Assembly (NCBI GenBank): GCA_000165425.1
Contig: CT868064.1
Coordinates: 62,001-126,000, forward strand
Length of the DNA stretch: 64,000 bases
Direction: 5' to 3'
From: Paramecium tetraurelia
Lineage: Eukaryota
Both the position numbers and the translations under genes were made by a program. Each line of letters opens with the position of its first letter. Position 1 is the first letter of the stretch. Under the pieces are notes generated by a model. It worked only from the letters and a program-made list of their open reading frames with translations. It did not search any database and was not told the DNA's origin. Shown here piece by piece: positions 40,990 through 54,868 of this stretch.

Positions 40990-41800
40990 AATATATCTGT
41001 ACTTTTCTCCTTTTATCTTCTTAAAGACCACCACTTTAATGCTACAAACATCTTGGAGTGGAATGACATACTAAATATCAAACCCCTCCTAATTTGAGGT
41101 GTTTCACTACTGTTCACTTTTTTAAATGCCTTGAATTAAGTTGCACATGATCAAAATAACATTGCGTATTATTTGAATTTAGATTCTTGTACTTCCCATA
41201 AAATAAAAATAATTCCCTTTATTTTAAAGAACATTTATTTAAATAGAAGGAGAAACTTGCTAAAAATGATGAATCAAAGCTTTGGTTTATTTATAATTCT
41301 TTAAGGATAAATAAGTAAAATGAATCATTTATCATCGAATTATTATGTCTCTTTAGCTTGGGTTCAAATAATCATCTCTTTGAATTTGGCATTTAGATTT
41401 TTATTTTTCCTTGGTTGCTTCATTATCTCTTAAAATTGATCCGATTAGAGAGAGGGAGAATCATTGTGAGTTAAATATAATTTTGAGGAGATGTTGAGTT
41501 GATTGATACCAACTTTTTCTTTTTCCTAGTATAATTAGGAATTATACTTATTTTATAGAGATTTATTTTTCAATATCATAGTATATTTCATCCATTCTAT
41601 CATCATCACCAGTTATGTTACTAACAATAGGAGTAAGTTTCAATTAAACGATATAAGGTTAGAATGATGCTTCAATATCGCTTATACTGTGTTGTTTGTA
41701 TTGTTTCTCGGCTATGAATTAACATGTTCCCATATTGATTTCTTTGGAATTATTATTATTAGGGATTTAGCTTTATGAAATCCAGATAAATCCACAATCA
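40990..41800 (-). pseudogene. Possible decayed coding remnant
   Basis: Codon-like stretches (e.g. KLTPIVSNITGDDDRMDEIYYDIEK) interrupted by TGA and frame changes; no intact ORF found. Confidence 0.3.
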
Positions 41801-41938
41801 ATTATATTTATTTGATTTACAATATTACAATAGGAAATTAAATTATAAATTGTTATAATTAACACTTTTCAGTAACTGCGTTCTTTGTGAATTATATAAA
41901 TATGAAAATGCGTATATAAATAATCACCATTCTCGCTT

Positions 41939-44335
41939 TCAAAATGTGGCTTGTCTAACTTATAAGCATTTTGACTTTTCATCCCATATAACCAAAAATT
42001 AACCATCATTAGTCAATGAACCATAATTACAATAATGACCTATGTCTATAACTTGGGAGATCTCCAAACTGTGGGACACGTTCATTTTCATGATGTAAAC
42101 GAACTAGCCATGCTTATTTATAAGAACCTACTTTTATTCATTGTAAATTGAAGGAAAAAAGTTTTAGTATCCCTCACTTGAATGTTGCAATGTTATATGA
42201 TGTTTATCCAACTCAAATTGATTTGTTTTTGTATCATACTCATAGAAATACGTTTTGTTTTAACTTCGCGGTTACCAAGCTATTTTTATTTCATCTATAA
42301 AGCAAATCCTATAACCAAAATCGTCATTCTTTATGCTTTGTTTTAAGTTCCATACCTTTGACTTGTTCAATTCCCATATCAAAATCATCTTATCTTCCCC
42401 GCAAGAAACAAGCAAATTCTGGGATTTGCTCAGACTTATGCACCTGACATAAGCAGAATGATTTGTTAGAGTCTGAACTTGGAACCATTAGGACTATTGG
42501 TTCTTTATCCAAATCCTTATTGTCTTGTCACAACTACAAGATATTATTTGGTTATTATTATTGCTCATCAATAAACAGTCAATCTATCTCTTATGTCCTA
42601 AGAGTACTTATTTGCATAGCCAGATACTATTAATTAATTGCCAATATCGAATTGATTTATCAGTACTACCAGAAATAAATTCATTCTTATCAGCACTAAA
42701 TTAAAGTGATATAACTTGATTCGAATGACCCTAAAGATTTTGGATATGTTTAATCTTCCCATTATTGAACTCCCAAATAGCTATGTCGTTTGAACATCCG
42801 CTAATCATTATGGTTTAATCAAAATTAACAGATATTGCATAGCAATTTTAGACTTATTAATACTTACTAATAATTTGGTATTATATTGATTGCTTTTCTT
42901 CAAAATCCATATCTATTTGTACATCTTCAAAACCATTATTTTTTGGGGATGAAAAAGCACTATCAGTCTCCTTTCTTTGATTTTTCTTTATCAAATCAGA
43001 TCCAATGTCATAAGATTGAATTTATGTTAATTCATACAGTTTTTGAGTATTTTTGGATGAGCTCCCATTTTCATTTATTTGATAATAGATATCATTTAAA
43101 CAATTTTGATCTGAAGAGCTAGCTGATTTACTAATTTCCTAAGAATGACACAAAGTAGATCTTAAATTGTCGTATAAATTTTATTATTAAACTTTCAACT
43201 CTTTTACTTATTCTTATAATAATTTCAAAGCAAAATCCGAAAATTACTAATATTCACTATGAATCATTTGATTTTGAGACTCTTCAGTTTTTATCAGTAT
43301 TTCCACTCTCTCCAAAATGTCATCTTAAGATAAATTTATCCAATCCTCATTAACCATATTAATGTTAGATAAGATTTTTCGTTTGTTTATAGCCAACGCA
43401 TTTTCAAATTATACTCTTACTCCTTTTAACTATTCTATAATTTGCTACTCAATTTTCTTATTTTGCTCTCTTATTTACTCATATTAAGCTTCCATATCAA
43501 AGATTTACTACTAAAGATAGGCTCTCTTTTTTTATTCAAATGTCTTCCATTTTTCTTTACATTTTGTTAATGACCAATATGTTTCTGGCATACATTCTAT
43601 GCAGCACAATCTCATTGATTTTTCAATATTTTCATTCATATCTATCATTATAATTTCCTTTTGATGCTATTAACAAACTATATTTAATTTTGGTGTTTCA
43701 CTTGAACTTCCTCTCAATATTTCTGGATCAGATTCATTCAGCAGTAATTTACCAACAATATTAATCTCATTTTTCATTTAATACTCGTTTTTGAAATCAC
43801 GCAATAGATCTAAACAATTTTAAATTCCTTCGAAATTATTGATCTATTGAAGCACCTCAGAAAGGGATTGTGCCCAGTTCAAATCATTTAATATCTTTTA
43901 CTGCTAACAGTAACTGTATTAATACTCTATAATCTATTTGACCTGTTAATCGATGCCTGTAACTCCAAATTCCCTTTCTTTCATCACTCCCTCTTCTTCT
44001 CGTTTATCAAATTATAATTGAGTTTGTATAATATTGATTCCATTGTCGATAAAGTCATTGACCTCTTATTTCATTTTACATAAATTGTCCAATAGTTACA
44101 TCAAGTAAGTTCTTTTGAGTTGATTAATTTCATCGCTCTTCTATTATTGAAGAGTGATGAAATTCTCAAATATGTTTTTGATGTCTCTTATGGGTACTAT
44201 TGATCGATATGTGCTTCCAACGAGGCAGTATATACATTACATCATTTCTGGCAATTATATGTTAGGATCTAAATTAATTGCTATTGCCTCAGAATTGTGT
44301 ATGGGACACTCTACTTTAATTAACTAGGATGACAT
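41939..44335 (-). CDS. WD40-repeat protein with two N-terminal C-x2-H...C-x2-C modules and coiled coils (798 aa)
   Basis: Intronless 2397-nt ORF. CPIH...CIYC and CQQH...CIEC modules; WD repeats LQGHSNQVISLQFS..FISGSTDKSIRYW and LGHKRQIDCL..SCDKTIRIW; ends LTNDGQFLVIWD..F-TGA. Confidence 0.85.
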
Positions 44336-44831
44336 TTATGCAAAGAAGAATAAATTATCAAAATTTATGGTTTAAGAATTCACTTTCAGTCCATACAAAT
44401 AATTAAAATGAATAAATACCTTAATAAGATTCAATTATTAAGGTTTATCCAACAGGTGTATATCTATTTTAAGAAAATATTATATAAATTTAGTCCATTA
44501 ATATTATTAATTACGAAGTAAATGAATTTTAGTAAATAAAATATTTAAAAGCACTTTACACAAACACCCATTCCTAATTAGAGTGTAAGCATCGTTGAAT
44601 TTGTTATTTATTTTCTACCGAAAGGTGATGAACGAGAAATAAACTATAAGTATTTTAATTTATTTATGTATTGATTTAGAAAGTATTATGTATGATAATT
44701 ATATTATAATTAAAGATGTATCTGTCAGAATTGATTATATTTTTATAATAGATAATAATAAATACCAAAAATGATTGGCTTTAGCTTGTATTATTTTATT
44801 TATATATCTATTTATTATATCAAATCTGGAG

Positions 44832-45188
44832 ATGAGTATCTTTTCTAAATTATAGATTATAGGAATTGGAATGCTTTTAGCAGCAGTAATCTATGCGTTT
44901 AAAAACAATTAAGTTAATGGATAGGTTATTGGAGAACTATAGATTTAAATAAATATTCTTAAAGCTGCAAACGAAGCCCTTCAAAATAAATTAAATGAAT
45001 TTGAATAAGAGGGATCGAAGTTTCAGATTTATAAACAGAACTTAAGCCAATCAAGAGAAGAGAGATAATCTTTAGTAAATACCATGAGAAATAATTTGTA
45101 AGTTGTGAAAGAAAGCATGAATGGATTAAAAGATGTAATTTTAGAACTAGATAATTACCTTTTATAATTGGAAGATAAGGATAAATGA
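44832..45188 (+). CDS. Small single-TM coiled-coil protein (118 aa; start uncertain)
   Basis: MSIFSKLQIIGIGMLLAAVIYAFK followed by heptad-rich sequence to EDKDK-TGA. Confidence 0.6.
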
Positions 45189-45249
45189 TTAATTCTTTTT
45201 CTATTTTGATAGAATTTTGTAATTATAACGATAATATAATATTAACTTA

Positions 45250-46955
45250 TCATTTTCTATACTTATTTGTTTTTTTCTAAGCTGCACTAACTTATGCAGT
45301 GGAAGCTCCGCTCGCTTTGAATGTATTTACTGTTTCATTTCCTGCATTACCTCCTTAAGTTCTGCTATGTATTTATTTCTTCTTTTTCCACTCTTTTCTG
45401 TCATATTTAGGTAACCATCTCTCTGGATTCGGCAATGGTCCAGGGTTGGTCTTGTCAAAGTTTTTGGGATATCGAATTCTCTTCTTCTTCTTCTTTTGAA
45501 TCTTCTTCACCTAAACTTCCACCTTTTTTGATAATCCTATGTTCCTCTCTAAATTTTCAATCTCATTCATATCTGTTATTCCGTCATATTGTAAAGAATC
45601 AATAAATTTAGCTCCTTATTCAAGCTACCCCTTTTCAATACAAAGCAAGGCCAATTGACTCTTGATTTGTTGGTCATCAGTATAATATTACAAAGCTTTT
45701 TGAAGATTGCTTCTTTTAATATAGTAATTGCAAACCAAGGACTTATGAAATTGAGCAATCAATTAAATTTATTTATCATAAGGAGAATCATCAGGCAATT
45801 TGAGGATATGAGCCAAGATAAAAGTACTCAAGACTTTATTCTGGTTCCAATTTTTGACATTGCACAATTCAATTATTTTGTTGGTGTTATCATTGTTAGT
45901 AGCAAATATTAAATATTGATATGGATCCTCGATTGGTTATTCCCATTTTTATCTGTTAATTGCAATTTGAACAGAAAGAGGCAAACCGTGTTCCTTTGTT
46001 GGTCTATTCTTAATAATTTGTAGAATTGCTTTATTAATTTTTAACACATTAAGTTATGAAGGTGTAAATTTGTAATCTGATGACAATGCTTCTTCAACTC
46101 TTTTTAATGAGTCATGATGTGGATGTATAAATTCTTAAAACACTGCCAAATTATTCAAAAGCACTGCTTATTCTGAAGTCTTCTCTAAAAGTTCATATCT
46201 ACAATTAGATGGATAATTACTATTTAACTTTGCTTTTGTAATCCCCTGGATTTATAACATCTAAAATTAATTGAGCTAAAAATAGATCCTCGTCCTATTC
46301 ATTTTCAACCTTCACCATGTTTTCAAACCTAATAGTCAACTCTTTAGCAGTCTTTACACTAATTTGATATTATGTTAAATTTACTCATTCAATTATAAAT
46401 TAAGCAAAGCATGGTTAAGTAATAGCTCTCTGGCATACTGATTTTTATTCTTTTTAATGAATTCTGTAATCTATGAATTAATTTGTCTCATCTAATTCTC
46501 GTCATTTTATTGAATAGCTGCATTGGCGATATTTGTTAAAATATCTTGGGAGTCCTTTTGAAATTTGCTCTTGATAGATATATATACTATTGTACATCTT
46601 TAAGCAATTTCTAAAACAGCTAAATAGCTTGTTCGAACTCTCCTAACTTCAAAAAGGCCTATCCCAATAATAGTTGATCTTCTGGGATATTTTTTCTAGA
46701 TTCTGTCACAACCAATTGATATTATCCTTCTGCATAGAGTTGATAGAGTCTTGTGAATGGATAAAGGGGATGATCTTTCAGTCCCTTCAAAAGTTATTAG
46801 GCTTCTTAATAATTCTTATTGTTTAATAGCAAGATTGCTTTTGTTATTTAGATGTTTGGTGTTTATTCACATTGATTTGCCACTTCTAACAACTAGGCAG
46901 GTGATCCTGTGTGCAATTCTTCCATTAACCTTTGTATTGGAGTTCTTTAGTCCAT
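45250..46955 (-). CDS. SRP72: Signal recognition particle subunit SRP72
   Basis: TPR-like helical body and the C-terminal signature KKKKRIRYPKNFDKTNPGPLPNPERWLPKYDRK...TQGG. Several tiny introns. Confidence 0.9.
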
Positions 46956-46990
46956 AAACACGTGTTTACTAATATTAAATAATAAAATAT
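46955..46990. promoter_or_regulatory. Minimal bidirectional promoter region containing the perfect 14-bp palindrome TAAACACGTGTTTA
   Basis: Only 35 bp separate the divergent ATGs at 46955 (-) and 46991 (+). Palindrome at 46955-46968 with a CACGTG core. Confidence 0.5.
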
Positions 46991-47912
46991 ATGGCAGAAG
47001 AATTAATTTTGAAAATTTTAGATGTCAATCCTTTTACCTCTTTATACGGTATTGGCAATGTCATCTTGGGAACAGGAGATTGGTTAACCACTGAGAAAGA
47101 AACCAAAATCATAATCGAATTTGGTAATGCTATCATCTCCAAATTATCTATCTGTATTTAAATTTAACTTAATTAGAAAAGAGAACTATAAGGCAGATTA
47201 AATTAATTTAACACTAAGGGGAGAAAATTGTGATGATCTTTATTTTGAAAAGGTAATTTGGAAGAAAAATGGCAATTGGAATGAAACAAGTACTATTGAA
47301 ATAGAGCCAGATTGTCAAGATGTATTCAATTAAATGATGGTTGAAGTCTTTAATTTTGGTTCCGCAGATTATAAGGGACTGAAAAGAATTAGGGTATATG
47401 GGATTCAGGATGGGTAATTGTATAGTTAGAGGAAAAATAATGTGAAATAATTGAAAAAGCAATCAAAGAGCAAGTAATAGCAGAAGGGCGATTCATAAGA
47501 GAAGAGTTAGCAAAGGGAGAAGATCTAAAAAATGAAAATAAATGAATCCTCTCTCAAAAAAAACAATCAATGGGGACTATATAATAGAGCCTAAAATCAA
47601 GTCAATAAAGAGTTTGTGTTTGTGGATCCAAGAGAGAAATTGAGGAATATTCACAAAAGCCCTTCTCCAATTAAGGAAGAAAGTCAGTAGTCTAGTTAAC
47701 ATACTTATCAAACGCCTAAGCGATCTGAAACACCAGTCAAAAAGGGGTGTAGCATTAATGAAAGGCATATGATAAGGTACAATCTTAATCAAATTGATAA
47801 ACAATTTTTGGAGCTGCATTAAGAATGTAACAATCCCATCTTTAATATAATTTATAGTATAAAAAAGCTCGGGTATTGGGAAAGAAATGTAACTAACCTT
47901 TGCTAATTTTGA
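46991..47912 (+). CDS. Protein with an N-terminal galactose-binding-like (XRCC1-N-like) domain and a low-complexity tail
   Basis: MAEELILKILDV...GDWLTTEKETKIIIEF..ISKLSIQNYKADQINLTL...KGLKRIRVYG after a 28-nt intron (47154-47181). The domain call rests on pattern similarity only. Confidence 0.6.
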
Positions 47913-47985
47913 AGTCTACTGGCTTTAATGAACTTTGAATATTAATTCGTGTTATTATTATTTTAAGTAATTGATATTAGCTGGG

Positions 47986-48784
47986 TCATGCACCTAACTC
48001 ATTGAAAGCTTTTACAGATTTAAAAAGTTAAGATACTTCATTAACTCTGGTAAACTCTATGCAAAATGCTTGCAGCTTTTGTACTTATAAACAGCTTACT
48101 TCAGTCAGAAGATCTTTGGTCACTATGGCCTTCGTTTTTAAAAAGTGCCGAATAAAAATGCTGACATATTTAACTATTTTAGTTTAGGTGGGTTTTTCCT
48201 AATTGAATGTATAATATAATTTACTTTAATATTATTACAATATTAAATACAATAATACACATAATATGTAACGAAATCAGGAGGTATTTTCATTGAATGA
48301 TTTATCATAGCAATTAATTCAATAGTAGCAGGAGTGACATCAATATTTATAAAAACATCCAAATAACTTAAATAATTAAATGTTTTACTCTTAGAAATCA
48401 GAAGACTTCACATTTTTCATTAAGAAAAAGAGTACTAGGTTTGCATTATTTTCTATTAAATCAGGTAATTTTTAGGTTGTAAACCCACAATTCTTCAATA
48501 AATATTCATCATTTTCTAAAAAGTCTTAAATTAACTATGCTATAGATTTTTTGTACCTTGTATTCTTAATCGCTGACTTAAGTGCAACAGGCTTTCTATA
48601 TAATTTCCTTCACTTAACTCAATTTATCGCTATTAATTTAAAGAGTGTAATTCCATTATAAATTATTAAGCATGCCAATCTCATTCCAATATAATGTATT
48701 TGCTTTTACAAGTGCAGGAATAGGTCTTAGATGATCTATCTAAAATTAGTCTGAATCCAAGTTAAGCTTCTTTATTTTATCCAT
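47986..48784 (-). CDS. CNOT11: CCR4-NOT subunit 11 (CNOT11), C-terminal domain only
   Basis: HLRPIP, CGFTTQKLPDLIENNANL, IVKYVSIFIRHFL and LQAFCIEFTRVNEVSQLFK match the CNOT11 C-terminal domain. About 3 tiny introns. Confidence 0.85.
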
Positions 48785-48820
48785 TAAAAATCAAATAATA
48801 ATAATTAAAATATATAATCA

Positions 48821-50031
48821 TCAAGGTATATATGATTATTAGACTGAAACATTTGAAAATTCATTAACACTTACATTCAAATTTGAGACCAATTTCCAAC
48901 CATCCAGATTAACTTTCTATAGCATTTATTATTCTTGAATGTGTATGGGGATCTAGCATATTACAGGGACAGACAACCAAGTCAGGAATGAATCCTAATA
49001 TTAAAAAATTGAATTACAACTATTGCCTCTAATTAAAAAAAGTATTAATTCTTAATAGTATTGGTTTTCAGTGAGGCTTTTAATTCTTTTGGTAATTCCA
49101 AAAGAGACACTATTCTATCCTTACTTTATCCTGCTAAGAGACCATCCCAATTTTGTGAAACAACCACTTAATCCTCAATAACTCTCTCTACCTCGTCGTT
49201 GTCAATGAAAATCAATTTATGAATAACCCTCACTTCAATTCTATTAACTGGTCTCTACGATCGAGTATTATCGACAGAGTAATCGACAGATATCTTATCT
49301 CCAGGGAAAAATTTATTTGTCTTCAATCTCACTGACAATTCAACTGCTCCACTATTTAAACAAAGGAAATGAACGATATTCCCTTCTAACTATCTGAACT
49401 ATTCGCTTTCTTTGAATCTACCGTTGAGATAGACATCAGTACTTTCCATCATCACAGTTCTAGCTTCTTCTGTGGAATCAATTTTCAATGTAATCATGTA
49501 GCCACATTTTCCTTATTTCTGTCCTTTTAATATTTTTTGATATTAATACCATCAGCACTCTTGTAATAGAAACTTGATGGCATGTTGAATTGCGTTGGAA
49601 CAATAAAATTGAATTTATAATCTCCAGCCTTAACGCTACCATTATAGAGTTCCTGTGTGTATATAAAAGAGTCGTGAGTTCCATAGTGTCTAAAAACTCG
49701 AAATAATAGGTTTCCATTTAACTCATATTTCTTTTAAGTATATTTAGGTTATTTTAATGGAGAATCCAGAGTAATTTACACTTACTTCGCTTTCTCTATT
49801 AACTTATCAGGTATCATTTGGGGATTGCTTTCATCATAGGGAATCTAATTTAATCACTTAAACGTTTACTTGTTTTTTTTCTAAAACCTTCGAATATTCC
49901 TTAGTTTCAAATGTCAAAACAATTTAGACTTTCGGCATATCTTAAGGTATTCTAACATAACAACACCCTGTTATTTATTCACCAGCAAGAGTGACGGCGT
50001 CATTAAATTAAAATAAAATTGATTTGCTCAT
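48821..50031 (-). CDS. Arrestin-domain (alpha-arrestin-like) protein
   Basis: LAGEQITGCCYV, AGDYKFNFIVP..MPSSF, KCGYMITL, FFPGDKISVDYSVDNT, PVICQIPIHI. About 4 tiny introns. Confidence 0.85.
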
Positions 50032-50420
50032 TAGAAATATAAATATTTTTTAGATACAATTAATCAAGTTTTTAATTAAGTTCTTATGTGCAAATAAAAA
50101 ACTTCATTAAATAAACAATATCAAATTAAATTTTATATCATTTGTAACTTTTCTAAATTCCCTCTTTTTTCAAATTCTATGCATGCAATCTTCCAAAAAT
50201 TGAATTCCAATTAAATTCAGAAATTTATAAATTGTCTAAAATTTTTGTTACTTAAAAATACTTTAAAGTTTACTTTTTTAGTCAAAAGAGTTATTTTAAT
50301 AATTTATATATGCTTTGTTCCTTAAAGGAATAATTGTGCCCGAGGTGTTTATTACTATTTATCCATAAATTTATCATTACTAATGAGAATATTTTAATAA
50401 TTATTTTAATTAAATTATCA

Positions 50421-53400
50421 ATGTCCAAAACACCCAAACTTGAATAATTTTTGACCAATACTAATTAAGAAATTGATAATGATTACATCTTTCACCATTA
50501 CATCTCCTCAAACTAAGAGGATTTCAAAGAATTTAACTAATCCAAAAACCCATAGCAATCCCTTTGTGGAGCACATGTCCCTTAACAAACACTTTCATTT
50601 CAATGCTTTGATTGTGCTCCCGATCCTCATCACATGTACTGTGGAAACTGCTTTTAGTTGGAATTGCATCAAAGTATTAATTTTTATTATAGAAAAGACC
50701 ATAGAGCATTTTTTAAGAAAGAAGCAAATGGTTGTTGTGATTGCGGGGACCCTACTGCAATCGCTAACAGGGATTCATTTTGCAAATTACACAAAGAATA
50801 GAAAATTGATATCACATAAGAAATATCAAAGGTTAAACCAAATTTGAGAGAAGCAATATTAAGGTTTCTAAAAGACTCCTTTTAAATTTATTTTTCAAAA
50901 TGCGAAGAGGGTTTGAGTTTAGTATCCAATATTCCTAATCCATTTTTATTATAATGTCGTCACATTAGTCACATAATAAATTATAAGTAGGTTTATAAAT
51001 TATTAAACAATCATTACAATATAGGAAATATTTATTAAACTATTTTATCATCAATTCGTATTTCAGATATTATCATTGATTTTTTATGTTGGCTTTGTAA
51101 AGACAGGACTTGCTTTGCTTTACTAATAGCCGGGTTTCTGAAATCTCAATACACTGATGGGGTTACTTACTTCGAATAAATCATTCATTATTAATAATTA
51201 AAAATATTTTTAGATTTTGAGAATGACAGTAAGTTTGATAAATTGCTTTATAATTTGAATATAGATGAGAATTTTAGGTTGTTTACCCAAGAAGTTTTTT
51301 TGACGAGACAGGATGATTTATGGAAATCTTTTGAAATTGAAACTTTTGATGGAGCAGTAATTATTGAGGAGTTCATTTCATCATTTGAAAATTTTGTTTA
51401 AACTGGCGTATTTTATACCAAGGAGAAAAATTAGTTATTATTATTTGAGAATTATTTTAAAAAGTTGAACACTTGCAAAGAAAAATATATAGCGTATACT
51501 ATTAAAGCCGCTAAATTCTTTTCAATGTAATCTTAATTTGTTTCAGAAGAGTTTTAGGACATTCAATTCACATCTCCAAAAATAAAGAATTTATTAGATA
51601 TGAATACTAAACTATAAAACATATTAAATACTTGCCAATTGGGCAATTTAGACGATTGTTATTCAATGCTAGAATTCTTTTCTTTAAAATTTTAATACAA
51701 TTACTTTATAAAGAGTTTTAACAACACTTTATCTCAGTTGTTTCAAAATTATTAAACTTAACAGTTGACAATTGAAGAAATTGCTTCACTAAACCCTGAA
51801 CAATTTTTTTTAACAGCACTATTTAAGAGTTAAAGTCATACCAAAGGATTTTCTAATTCAAATAAACTTTACTAGCCACTTATATCAGAAACATAAATAT
51901 AACTTAATCTTTTATACTTGGAATCAAGATACTTAAACATCATGAAATAGTGTTTGGCAAAATATTTAGCATCTCCATAAACTACAACGGTGGCTAAATC
52001 AAACTTCATCAATATCTTATTCTATTGGTCTTATGAATTAATAAGGACAAATAAAAATAATAAAGAATAATACAATTATTTACCTGAATTCTATAAAAAT
52101 AATATTCAGACAAATACTGAGAAGGACCAATAGAATACTATTATTCGATTAAATTACTGTATTTATAGAAGTGGATCAATAATTGATAAATATTTCATCA
52201 TTCTTTTAACTTATTTATTTCAATAAAATGAATTTTAATCATCAAATTAATTTAGAAAGTATCTTTAAACAACTTTGAAATAAGATGAGTAAGAATTACA
52301 ATTCAATTTATCCAACATCTTTGAAAGATGTGTGCACAATTTCATAAGCCTTCTCTATACTCCTTTGCATGAGCAAGTTTCTAACACCTACTTTACCATA
52401 GGAAAAGAATAGCCGGAATCCTATGATATAGCTTTTATCAAATTCTATTTCATTCTTTATAAGGATTAGGCTTTAAGTTAAATGAGAAGCATTATCCAAT
52501 CCAGATAATACTTTAAGGATTACAGTTAAAATTAATACTTTATGTAATATTGATTCTCTATAATTAGATAAATTATTGCTAGAATCATCGCCTCCGATAA
52601 GAGTTTCTCCTGTGTATGTTAGGCTTTGTACAGCTAAACTAATCTACCTGAAGGCATGTCTTTTACTTTATTTTAAATCCTTTCAAACTTATTTATTCTC
52701 AATCATTATTAAGAGTATTCAGAAATTAAATCAACTTTTGAATAGGCTTCGTTTTCCGTTTCTAATTTGGAAATGTACATACTCAACTTTTGTGAACTGG
52801 ATGAAGACTTAAATAAACTAAAATTAAAGACACATTAATAGATTTAACAATATTTTAAAATGTAACCATCAAACTAAACAGATAATCCAAATAATCATAC
52901 TTATTTCCATCCCTTATTATTTTTAAATCATTAATCAACTGCCTAATCAATTGGAGAGCATTTAACTTCATAGAAACGATCAGACTATTTTATTTAATTT
53001 GGAAATTCAATTGAACAGCTTAGAGATTTTGGGTAACTAAAAGGAGTGAATTTGGAATTGATGGAGTTTTTTGCATTAGATACGAATATAAACCTAATTA
53101 TTTCAGAAATTCAACCATCTCTTAATTCAGCAACAGAAATCAAATTAATTGAAAGATTGATAAACATAAGTGCATATTTGAAAAAAGAAACATTATAAAT
53201 TTAAGAATCCTTAAAACAACTATAAATGAGCAAAGAGTAAGATTAATAAAGTATATAATTGATTTTGAATAAATATGGTAGCCCAAAACAAGTATTGGAG
53301 GAAGAAGCAGAAGTTTTATAACTAAAATCTCTATAAAGTGTTAAAATGAATAAGATGAAAGCTAAATTTAAATAAAAAATTGAGTCATTTTAACAAAATG

Positions 53401-54802
53401 ATATTGCGGCAACTGATAATCAAAAAGATGTATAACTATAACATGATACTTGTGCATTATGTAGATTAGATTTGGAGGATAATCAAAATAACTGCATTCC
53501 AATTTTGATTTAATCAAGTCCCTATTCAAAATACTATCCAATTTATCCAGCTGATTTAAGAAATGATATCATGAAGGATGAGTTAAATTTATTGAAAATT
53601 TCAATCGTTAGCTGCAAACACAAATTTCATGATAAGTGTTTAATTGCTACTTATTCATATTCATAAAAATAGAAACTTCTACCATTATGGTTTCAATTAT
53701 AATGTCCAGTTTGCAAATAGGCTAGTGAAACACGATTATCAATCAACAAAAATAAAAGCAATGAACAATATGATGAATTTAATAATTGGTTATTAATACA
53801 AAGTTAAAATTTTGGAATAAAGAACTACCTTAAAGAAAAGTATGGAGAATCTATTGAACATAAATTAAAAGAAATTTACCTCTCTTTATTAGTTGATCTC
53901 TTACTTTAATTATTTATGGATTCTTTAGAATTCATAAGACAAGATAAACATTTTGTATTTCTAAATATACTAGATTTTTTATTTTAAATTAGTAAAAACA
54001 TCACAATTAATCGTTTTGAATTCCAGAATTAATAGTCAATATTTTTAAATATACTCAACTTAATAATAGAATTATTAATATTGAATAACCAATAATAAAA
54101 ATCTCTAGCTCAATTTCTTGAGAACAATTAGAATTAAATAAAATCTTAAATCTTTTAATTTGATTTACCATTTTAAATTACAAATGAATTACTAAAATGT
54201 TTTGCAATAAATATTGAAAAAGAATAAAATTAAATCGTTTAAGTCAACTAATATATTGAATAATTTAATAGACATGTTATGATAAATATTGTGAAGAATT
54301 AGATTACTGATAAATTAGGATACAAATTTAAATAATTTTATGATCATTATTTTAATGAGCCATGTTCGTTTTGTAAAGGCTTTTCAAATGCATCTAAAAG
54401 TTCTGATTAATTTGTATGCTTACTCTGCTTTTAAAAGGTTTGTGATGTAGAATGCAAAGTAATAATTTATAATTATTTAAGAAATTGTTTTCTAAAAATG
54501 GGAATATGAATGTTCACGCGTAGCTCTATCATTAAGGAAATACTATATTTGCAAGTCTTAAGACAGGCCAACTCGCATTGTTGTCTTCACCATTAACTTG
54601 TTTTGGATACAAAAACTTATATCAAAATAAATTTGGATAATTAATAAAAATCACAAATATGGAGACCTAATGGGAAGATTATTATATCAATAATAAAGTC
54701 TTAACAGACACAGCTGAAATCATGATTTCAAATTCACTGAAGTAAATAATAAAAAATCACAAGTTAAATTATAACCAGTTAGATCTAAGGGGATTCTTTT
54801 GA
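50421..54802 (+). CDS. UBR1/PRT6-type N-recognin E3 ubiquitin ligase
   Basis: UBR box CGAH..FQCFDC..YCGNCF..H..GCCDCGD..FCKLH; split RING-H2 CALC...SCKHKFHDKC...CPVCK; C-terminal CSFC..CLLC..C..HA domain. Ends LRGFF-TGA. Confidence 0.88.
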
Positions 54803-54868
54803 GATATTCTCTTATAAATTATATTATATTATATTAATGTAATGAATATTTATGTTTTGATATGCTAT

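Noticed and set aside
47192..47218. Possible non-canonical GC-AG intron
   Set aside because: A single canonical 28-nt intron (47154-47181) restores the frame and gives a better protein.
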